The translations under genes and the position numbers were made by a program. From Bifidobacteriaceae bacterium (GTDB lineage Bacteria > Actinomycetota > Actinomycetes > Actinomycetales > Bifidobacteriaceae), in contig JALCOX010000001.1 in assembly GCA_022649925.1 (NCBI GenBank), forward strand, positions 30,972 through 94,971: a stretch of DNA of 64,000 nucleotides, in the 5' to 3' direction. Below are positions 57,245 to 64,000 of this stretch, piece after piece (position 1 is the stretch's first letter; the number at the start of each line of letters is the position of its first letter). The notes below the pieces were generated by a model. That model made no database searches. It saw only the letters and a program-made list of their open reading frames with translations, and had not been told where the DNA came from.

Positions 57245-58794
57245 GTGACTTCTCTGACCAGCCACTGCTGCGCACCGACGACGTGGTCAATCAGCCCGAC
57301 GGAACCGTGTGCATCACATCCGTCACGGTGTGGGACAGCGGCGACACCGTGGATCTCCTCCTGCCGACTCGCGAGCCCGAACTGAGCGGAGTCACCGTGG
57401 ACGGAACCGGATTGAGCGTCAGCCCTGGTCTTGTCGATCTCCATGTTCACTTCAGGGATCCGGGCCAAACCGACAAAGAGGATATGCGCACCGGTTCGGC
57501 TGCAGCCGCAGCGGGAGGCTTCACCGACGTCTGTCTCCAGCCAAATACAGTTCCGGCGGCGGATGGTGAGCCACTGAATACGACGTCCACAGATCCCGCA
57601 GAGCAACGCCTCGTCAAGCAGGGCTTCGTCTCCGTGCTCGATTACTTGGAGCTCTACGAGGATTCCTTCGGTATCGATCTGCCGATTGACTACACGCTCG
57701 CGGTGGCCGCCACGAGGGGACGCGAGGGAAAGCAGGCGTCGCGCAGTGCCCAGTGGGAGCCGTTCCTTCACGGTGAGATCGCCGATGCCGGGCACCCGGT
57801 CGTCGCACTGAGCGACGACGGCAGCGCGGTGAGTGAAGGGACCTTGGATCAGGTGCTGCAGAATGCCAAACTGCACGGCATCTTCCTCATGGAACACTGC
57901 GAACACCACGAATCTGGAGTCATCAACGAGGGCGAAACATCCCGCAAACTTGGGGTTGAAGGGGTTGCCGCTTCCACGGAAATGGACATCGTCGCACGTG
58001 ACATCGAAGCTGCGCGGCGAACTGGCGTCCACATTCATCTCCAACACGTGAGCACGGCGGCGGCCTTCGATGCGGTGCGCGCCGCCAAGGCGGAGGGAGT
58101 CCCGATCACCTGCGAGACGGCACCGCATTACTTTGCACTCTCGGATAAAGACGTCGAAACATACGGAGCTCTGGCGAAGATGAATCCGCCGCTGAGAACG
58201 CAGGCGGATCGGCAGGCCACACTGGACGCCATCGCCGACGGGACTGTCGACGTCATCGCCACCGACCATGCGCCGCACACGGCGGAAGAAAAGTCTCGAG
58301 GTCTGGTTGATTCGCCGAACGGCATCATTGGCCTCGAAACTTCGTATGCCCTTGCAAACACACTGTTGGTCGAATCGGGCTTGATCTCACATCACTGCCT
58401 CATCGAGCTCATGAGCGTGAACCCCGCACATCTGGAGGGACTGGAGCGTGCGGACATCTCTGCGCTCGTTTCCACGGATGCTCAGGGCCGCAGGGTCGTT
58501 GACCTCACCGGCGGAGACGATGAGGTCAACGATGAGGGAGACGATGAGTCGGCGCCGCACGTCAATCTCAGCCTGTTGGCTCCGCACGCCACCTGGAGCA
58601 TTGACGCCTCCGCGTTCCGTTCCAAGGCGCGCAACACGCCCTTCGACGGTTATCATGCCACAGGGCGGGCTGTCGCAACGGTCGTCAACTCCTATCTCGT
58701 GGACGCAGCGGGACTTCTCAAGGAGTACGCAACGCGCCAGGAACGCCAGCAGGGGCAAGACAAGAGGCAAGGAGGAGCACCGTGGACCGACTGA
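57241..58794 (+). CDS. pyrC: Dihydroorotase (long form)
   Basis: Has the HVHFRDPG metal motif and DHAPH. I chose the GTG at 57241, which overlaps the pyrI stop. Confidence 0.85.
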   Translation: MSDFSDQPLLRTDDVVNQPDGTVCITSVTVWDSGDTVDLLLPTREPELSGVTVDGTGLSVSPGLVDLHVHFRDPGQTDKEDMRTGSAAAAAGGFTDVCLQPNTVPAADGEPLNTTSTDPAEQRLVKQGFVSVLDYLELYEDSFGIDLPIDYTLAVAATRGREGKQASRSAQWEPFLHGEIADAGHPVVALSDDGSAVSEGTLDQVLQNAKLHGIFLMEHCEHHESGVINEGETSRKLGVEGVAASTEMDIVARDIEAARRTGVHIHLQHVSTAAAFDAVRAAKAEGVPITCETAPHYFALSDKDVETYGALAKMNPPLRTQADRQATLDAIADGTVDVIATDHAPHTAEEKSRGLVDSPNGIIGLETSYALANTLLVESGLISHHCLIELMSVNPAHLEGLERADISALVSTDAQGRRVVDLTGGDDEVNDEGDDESAPHVNLSLLAPHATWSIDASAFRSKARNTPFDGYHATGRAVATVVNSYLVDAAGLLKEYATRQERQQGQDKRQGGAPWTD

Positions 58795-59759
58795 TTCGCG
58801 CCATCGACGAAAAGGCAAATCCCAGCGTGGTGGGACTGGATCCCACTCCCATGCTCCTGCCGGAACCGCTGCTCGCCGCCGCGCGGGCCGCCAGTGCGAG
58901 CGAACGAGCCGAGGCGCTCGCGCAGGCGTATTTCTCCTTCAACAAGGCCATCATCGACGCGGTGAAGGATGTGGTCCCTGCGGTCAAGCCGCAGATCGCC
59001 ATGTATGAGGCTCTGGGAGTTTCAGGAGTTGCCACCTACGTTCGCACGACCTCCTACGCTCACGACGCAGGTCTCTACGTGCTGGGAGATATCAAGCGCG
59101 GCGACATCGGTTCAACCGCCTCTGCCTATGCGTCCCATCTGAGCGGCATGCCACCGCTGGAAGACGGGTACGAGGACGATGCCACCACTGACGTCGACCT
59201 GTGGCACGAGGACGCGGTGACGGTGAACCCCTATCTCGGAACTGATGGAATCACGCCGTTCGTTGAGGCCGCCGACAGAGCGGATAAGGACCTTTTCGTG
59301 CTCGTGCGAACGTCGAATCCCTCGAGTCGCGAACTCCAGGAGCTCGACGCTGAGGGAACGCCCGTCTCGGACCGCGTCGGAGACTTGGTCGAAACGTGGG
59401 GAGAACCTACCCGCGGAGACTTCGGATACTCTCGCGTCGGCGCGGTCGTCGGGGCCACCCACCGTGAGGTGGGGCGTCGCCTGCGCGCGCGGCTTCCTCA
59501 CACCTTCTTCCTCGTGCCCGGCTTTGGAGCACAGGGGGGAACCGCCGCCGACATTGCCCCGATGTTCGATTCCGCGGGGCGGGGTGCACTGGTGAATTCC
59601 TCTCGAGGCATCATCGGAGCGTGGAGGAAAGACGCTCTCGCCGAGACAATCACGACGGAAGCGGCTGCGCTCGACTGCGTCGCCACCGCGGCCAGAACGG
59701 CGGCACTGACCATGAAGAAATCCATCGTCACAGAATTGGAGAAGAATCTTGGAAACTGA
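58782..59759 (+). CDS. pyrF: Orotidine 5'-phosphate decarboxylase (type 2)
   Basis: Has KPQIAMYE and DIKRGDIGST motifs. Confidence 0.85.
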   Translation: MDRLIRAIDEKANPSVVGLDPTPMLLPEPLLAAARAASASERAEALAQAYFSFNKAIIDAVKDVVPAVKPQIAMYEALGVSGVATYVRTTSYAHDAGLYVLGDIKRGDIGSTASAYASHLSGMPPLEDGYEDDATTDVDLWHEDAVTVNPYLGTDGITPFVEAADRADKDLFVLVRTSNPSSRELQELDAEGTPVSDRVGDLVETWGEPTRGDFGYSRVGAVVGATHREVGRRLRARLPHTFFLVPGFGAQGGTAADIAPMFDSAGRGALVNSSRGIIGAWRKDALAETITTEAAALDCVATAARTAALTMKKSIVTELEKNLGN

Positions 59760-60645
59760 GAACTCCCAGAAGGCCTTTCGCTCCACCAGGACCGCTCTCG
59801 CAGATTCGGGCTCAGGCTCCGGTTCCGTCTCTACGGAAGGCGCCAGTGACTGCGCACGCAGCCGCTTTCTTCCCTCTCGCAGGTCGGCGACTGTATGCAG
59901 TGTCGAAATGCTCTGCGACGGAGTCTACTCACTGGAATTGAGCGATCGTTACATGGCTCACCACGCGCACGCGGGCCAGTTTGCCAACCTCTATCTTCAC
60001 GACACGGCCCGCATCTTGCCCCGTCCCCTGGGAATTGCCTCCGTGAAGGGCGATGTGGTGCGGTTCATCTTCGCGGTCGTGGGGGAGGGTACGCGACAAC
60101 TTTCGCAAGCCCGCATCGGTGATTCCATCGACGTGCTCGGTCCACTCGGCAACGGCTTCTCCCTGAAGAAAGAAGGCCGTTATCTCCTCGTTGGGGGAGG
60201 CCTGGGAGTTCCGCCTCTCGTGCGGGCGGCGCAAGAGATTCGACAGCTTGAAGGTGCGCTTTCGACGGCGGTCTTCGGATACCGCGCAGAGCATTTTGCA
60301 GACAATATCGTCGGTGAGTTTTCGGATTCCACTCTCAGCATCGACGAGTCGGAAGGCAATGTGATAAACCTTCTGAACAAGTGGGTTGAAGATGCTGAGT
60401 CGACTGGTCCGGGCGTGAGAGCGGCGATGGATGACGTCGAGATTCTGTCTTGTGGTCCCCACCCTATGATGATGGCGGTGGCGCAGTGGGCGAAGGAGCG
60501 GGGTCTGCGGGCTCAGCTCAGTCTCGAAGCTCGCATGGGATGTGGGTTCGGAACCTGCGTCGCCTGTGTGACGCCGACGAGGGACGGCCTCAAGAAGGTC
60601 TGCATCGATGGCCCGGTGTTCACGGTGGAACAACTGGGTTGGTAA
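59749..60645 (+). CDS. pyrK: Dihydroorotate dehydrogenase electron transfer subunit
   Basis: Has a C-terminal 2Fe-2S motif CGFGTCVACV and a FAD/NAD-binding layout. The TTG start at 59749 is uncertain. Homology begins near ATVCSVEMLCDGVYSLEL. Confidence 0.8.
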   Translation: METENSQKAFRSTRTALADSGSGSGSVSTEGASDCARSRFLPSRRSATVCSVEMLCDGVYSLELSDRYMAHHAHAGQFANLYLHDTARILPRPLGIASVKGDVVRFIFAVVGEGTRQLSQARIGDSIDVLGPLGNGFSLKKEGRYLLVGGGLGVPPLVRAAQEIRQLEGALSTAVFGYRAEHFADNIVGEFSDSTLSIDESEGNVINLLNKWVEDAESTGPGVRAAMDDVEILSCGPHPMMMAVAQWAKERGLRAQLSLEARMGCGFGTCVACVTPTRDGLKKVCIDGPVFTVEQLGW

Positions 60646-60681
60646 CCGGGAAGCAGTGAAAGTGTGGAAGGACGGAAATCA

Positions 60682-61704
60682 ATGACAGCGACGATTGAAA
60701 CACCAAGCGTGGCACGGGAGCAGTCCCAGACCTCGGGCCTCTTCGACACAGGCGTCGGGCCAGACGACGGAACTGCTGTTTCCTCCTCGAAGCCCGTGTG
60801 GAAACACTCCACCGTGGTGGCGGGAGTCCCGTGGAAGAATCCGGTGGGAACCGCGTCGGGGACCTTTAACCTGGAGGCGTGCGGACGCTTTTACGACGTG
60901 TCACAGCTGGGGGCCGTCTCCACCAAGGGAGTCTCTCCAATTCCCTGGGAGGGCAATCCCACGCCGCGCACCGCAGAGTCACCCAGCGGCATGGTCAACG
61001 CCGTGGGCCTGCAGAATCCCGGCGTCGATCACTATCTGGTTGACGAGTTGCCGAAGCTGAAGGCACTGGGAGCGACCGTCGTGACCAATGTGGCGGGGCA
61101 TTCAGACGACGATTACGCGCAAGTGGTGGAGAAGCTTGCGGATTCCCCGGCAGACATGCTCGAGATCAACGTGAGCTGCCCCAACGTCTCACATGGGGGC
61201 CTCTCCGTGGGTTCCGACCCACTGGTGCTCGGTCACCTCATCGAAAGGCTGCGCAAGCTGACAACCAAGCCAATGGTGGTCAAGCTCACGCCCAACGTGA
61301 CCGACATCGTCCCCATCGCCCGCGCCGCCGTCGATGCGGGAGCGGACGCGCTCAGCCTCATCAACACGCTCATCGGCATACGCATCGACGTGGAGACCGG
61401 CAACCCGATCATCGCCAACGTCACGGGTGGGGTCTCGGGGCCCGCGATCAAACCCATCGCCGTTGCCATGGTGTGGAAAACGCGCCAGGCGCTACCCGAC
61501 ATCCCGATCATCGGAATCGGTGGAATCTCCTCTGCCGAGGACGCGCTGGAACACCTCTACGCCGGAGCAAATGCGGTCGAAGTGGGGGCTGCGGCACTTC
61601 TCGACCCCGTGGCACCGCTGCGCATCGCCGAAGATCTCGACGCATTGCTCGACGCACGACCCGAACTTGCAGAAAAACTAAGGAATGGACAGACATGGCG
61701 TTGA
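60682..61704 (+). CDS. pyrD: Dihydroorotate dehydrogenase catalytic subunit (class 1B)
   Basis: NVSCPN (catalytic Cys), GLQNPG and IGIGGISS motifs are present. Confidence 0.9.
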   Translation: MTATIETPSVAREQSQTSGLFDTGVGPDDGTAVSSSKPVWKHSTVVAGVPWKNPVGTASGTFNLEACGRFYDVSQLGAVSTKGVSPIPWEGNPTPRTAESPSGMVNAVGLQNPGVDHYLVDELPKLKALGATVVTNVAGHSDDDYAQVVEKLADSPADMLEINVSCPNVSHGGLSVGSDPLVLGHLIERLRKLTTKPMVVKLTPNVTDIVPIARAAVDAGADALSLINTLIGIRIDVETGNPIIANVTGGVSGPAIKPIAVAMVWKTRQALPDIPIIGIGGISSAEDALEHLYAGANAVEVGAAALLDPVAPLRIAEDLDALLDARPELAEKLRNGQTWR

Positions 61705-62417
61705 ACACAACAACGGAAACACCGCGCACGTCGAGACAGAGGGCCTTCACGGAGTTTCTTCTGGACTCCGGAGCCTTGAAATTCGGCGACTTTACTCTCA
61801 AGTCGGGGCGGCAATCCCCGTATTTCATCAACGCAGGTGCCTTCAACGACGGCGTAAAAATCGCGACCTTGGGCGCCTTCTATGCTCAGACGATTCAGTC
61901 ACACATCGACGACGGCTCCCTCACCTCCGGAATCGACACCATCTTCGGCCCCGCGTACAAGGGAATTCCACTCGCAGTGGCGACCTCCATCGCCATGAAC
62001 GCAACTCAGGAGTTCAAGGTGGGCTACACCTTCGATCGCAAGGAGAAAAAGGATCACGGAGACGGTGGACTCTTCGTGGGCACGCAGCTCCAAGACGGCA
62101 TGAAGGTGCTGCTCGTCGACGACGTCATGACCGCGGGGACCGCCGTGCGCGACATCGTTCCCAAGATCAAGGCAGCCGCGGATGTGGACATCGTGGGGCT
62201 CATACTCTCCGTTGACCGCATGGAAAAGGCAAAGGACTCTGAGGTTTCCGCCGTTGCCGCGGTGGAGAAGGACTTCGGATTCCCGGTCATTCCCATCGTG
62301 ACAGTGCGTGACATCTTCGCTGAGGCCACCGTTCTGACAGGTGCAGACGGGAGGCCCCTCGTCGACGATGAGCTTGCGGCCCGCGCGGACGCCTATTTGG
62401 AGAAGTACGGCGCCTGA
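61695..62417 (+). CDS. pyrE: Orotate phosphoribosyltransferase
   Basis: Has [15 protein letters not shown] and the PRPP motif [13 protein letters not shown]. The ATG at 61695 overlaps the end of pyrD. Confidence 0.9.
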   Translation: MALNTTTETPRTSRQRAFTEFLLDSGALKFGDFTLKSGRQSPYFINAGAFNDGVKIATLGAFYAQTIQSHIDDGSLTSGIDTIFGPAYKGIPLAVATSIAMNATQEFKVGYTFDRKEKKDHGDGGLFVGTQLQDGMKVLLVDDVMTAGTAVRDIVPKIKAAADVDIVGLILSVDRMEKAKDSEVSAVAAVEKDFGFPVIPIVTVRDIFAEATVLTGADGRPLVDDELAARADAYLEKYGA

Positions 62418-62485
62418 CGCCATGAGCTGCTGTGATGTCAGTGCGTGACGACTATTAAATAACGACTATGGGCTGAGGGGGAGCT

Positions 62486-63016
62486 GTGGTCAATCAAAAT
62501 GATCCGAGGGTCAAGCGGACGCAACGGCTCATCGAGCAGTCGTTCTGGACCCTCATGAAGTCGCAGGGTTTCGAAAAGGTGTCCATCGCCACGGTGACGA
62601 AGAAGGCCGGAATCAACCGCGCCACCTTCTACGCCCACTATGCCGACAAGCAGAGTGTCCTCGCCCACATCGCGCTGCGGGCGTTCCACGGCGGCCTACC
62701 GGAGGAAGTCCGCGACGCCTCCGATTTTTCGCCTCAGGTGTGCGCGGCACTCATCGAGGCGACGAGCGAATTCGTGTTCTCTTTTTATGACGTCTGCGGA
62801 TTTGCAGGAAATTCTTTTGCCGCACGGATTGACTATCTCGTGCGCGCAGACATCTGCGACGTCGTGCGATCCTCCATGCCTGCGCAGCCCTTGACGGCAG
62901 ACGTCATCGGCTCCGCACTCTACGGCGGCATCTTTGGCTGCTATGTGCGAGGGGAGTCTTTCGACGAAGCCGCCGCAACCGCCTTGGCGGACTCCGTCAG
63001 GGGGCTACTCGCCTGA
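62486..63016 (+). CDS. TetR family transcriptional regulator
   Basis: Has the N-terminal HTH FEKVSIATVTKKAGINRATFYAHY. Confidence 0.8.
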   Translation: MVNQNDPRVKRTQRLIEQSFWTLMKSQGFEKVSIATVTKKAGINRATFYAHYADKQSVLAHIALRAFHGGLPEEVRDASDFSPQVCAALIEATSEFVFSFYDVCGFAGNSFAARIDYLVRADICDVVRSSMPAQPLTADVIGSALYGGIFGCYVRGESFDEAAATALADSVRGLLA

Positions 63017-63024
63017 GCAGGGTG

Positions 63025-63052
63025 CGGGGCTGAGTGGCTGAGTGGCCCCGCC
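63025..63052. terminator. Hairpin between the convergent TetR and LysR genes
   Basis: GCGGGGC pairs with GCCCCGC across the 14-nt loop TGAGTGGCTGAGTG. There is no clear U-tract. Confidence 0.4.
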
Positions 63053-63054
63053 GA

Positions 63055-63981
63055 TCATTCCCCGACGAGTTTGTACCCGTTCGTTGCCACGACTGACTTG
63101 AGCCGGTCGAGGTAGTGTTCGCCGGCTTGGGAGAGCTTGGCGCGCTCGTTGGTGATCCACCCCACGAGCATTTGCTCATTTGATTCGAGCGGCACGGTGA
63201 CGATCTTTTCTGAGTTGAGATCCTCATTGTCGATGCCCGAGCACACGGTGTACCCGTTGAGCCCCACGATGAAGTTGAGGATTGTGGCGCGGTCGGTCAC
63301 GTTGATCTGCTTGGGGGAGTATTCCGGCCACACGGCCTCTTCAGCGAAGTAGAAGCTGCCCTCCTCACCCTGTTCGTATTGGATGAAGGGATAGGGCTTG
63401 AGATCGTCCATCGTGATTTTTTTCTTGGCAGCGAGTGGATTCTGTCGCGAAATGAAGACGTGGAGACCGGCTCGGAAGACGGGATGGAATTCCAGATGCT
63501 TCTCACGCAGGAGCTTGCCGATCACGTCCTTGTTGAAATCGGAGAGATAGAGAATGCCGATCTCTGACTGCATGTTGGCGACTTGGTCGATGATGTCGCG
63601 CGTCTTGGTCTCGCGCAGAGTGAACTCGTATTCGCTAGAGTCCGACTCCTTGATGAGTTCGACGAAGGCCTCGACAGCGAACATGTAATGCTGCGTCGAA
63701 ACTTGGCACAGCTGTTTGCGCGGCTTCGCATTCTTGTAGCGTTCCTCCAACAGCTCGGATTGGTCGAGCACCTGGCGGGCATACGTGAGGAATTCTGCGC
63801 CGTCGACTGTCAGAGCAATGCCCTGGGAGGAACGGGTGAAGATTTCGATACCCATTTCCTTCTCGAGCTCCTTGACGGCCGAGCTCAGCGCCGGTTGGGA
63901 GATGTAGAGCTCGTGGGAGGCCTCGTTCATCGAGCCGCACTCGACGATCTTGACGATGTATTTCAGTTGGAGCAGTGTCAT
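63055..63981 (-). CDS. LysR family transcriptional regulator
   Basis: Has the N-terminal HTH MTLLQLKYIVKIVECGSMNEASHELYISQPALSSAVKELE and a LysR substrate-binding domain length. Confidence 0.9.
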   Translation of the reverse strand: MTLLQLKYIVKIVECGSMNEASHELYISQPALSSAVKELEKEMGIEIFTRSSQGIALTVDGAEFLTYARQVLDQSELLEERYKNAKPRKQLCQVSTQHYMFAVEAFVELIKESDSSEYEFTLRETKTRDIIDQVANMQSEIGILYLSDFNKDVIGKLLREKHLEFHPVFRAGLHVFISRQNPLAAKKKITMDDLKPYPFIQYEQGEEGSFYFAEEAVWPEYSPKQINVTDRATILNFIVGLNGYTVCSGIDNEDLNSEKIVTVPLESNEQMLVGWITNERAKLSQAGEHYLDRLKSVVATNGYKLVGE

Positions 63982-64000
63982 AGGAAAAGTTTATATCCAA

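Overview
This 64 kb window looks like a chromosomal housekeeping segment from a high-GC Gram-positive actinobacterium. The gene content and order resemble Bifidobacteriaceae or Actinomycetaceae, but I cannot name the organism from sequence alone. About 50 protein genes are supported by motifs I can read in the translations: phoH-ybeY-corC-era, a Gfo/Idh/MocA oxidoreductase, glycerate kinase, an acyl-CoA ligase, a LemA-DUF2207 pair, pntAA-pntAB-pntB, rplY, ilvE, a UPF0126/TRIC-like channel, rpsT, lepA-hemW, gltB-gltD, glgA, several ABC systems, trmI, a SixA-like phosphatase, metE-metF, a ROK regulator with a CUT2 sugar ABC transporter, glnE, a Na+/H+ antiporter, a complete pyrB-pyrI-pyrC-pyrF-pyrK-pyrD-pyrE operon, and TetR and LysR regulators. 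I found no rRNA, tRNA, CRISPR array, transposase or integrase. The unusual material is all intergenic. (1) The last 93 nt of gltD are directly duplicated 1.5 kb downstream. They flank an AT-richer insert that holds an orphan exported protein, a MITE-like inverted repeat, a possible Cys-rich micro-ORF and a truncated copy of a small hydrophobic ORF whose intact paralog lies just beyond. (2) There are three families of intergenic palindromic repeats: a perfect 28-bp-stem hairpin element, a GCGGCCATAAGCCGC hairpin that includes a 60-bp tandem array, and a MITE-like element with about 26-33 bp terminal inverted repeats and an identical 77-bp spacer. (3) A ROK regulator is tightly coupled to an orphan half-size CUT2-type ABC ATPase. 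I do not recognise any clear multi-gene defence or secondary-metabolite system. The gltD-proximal islet is the best candidate for something undescribed, and all functional ideas about it are inference.
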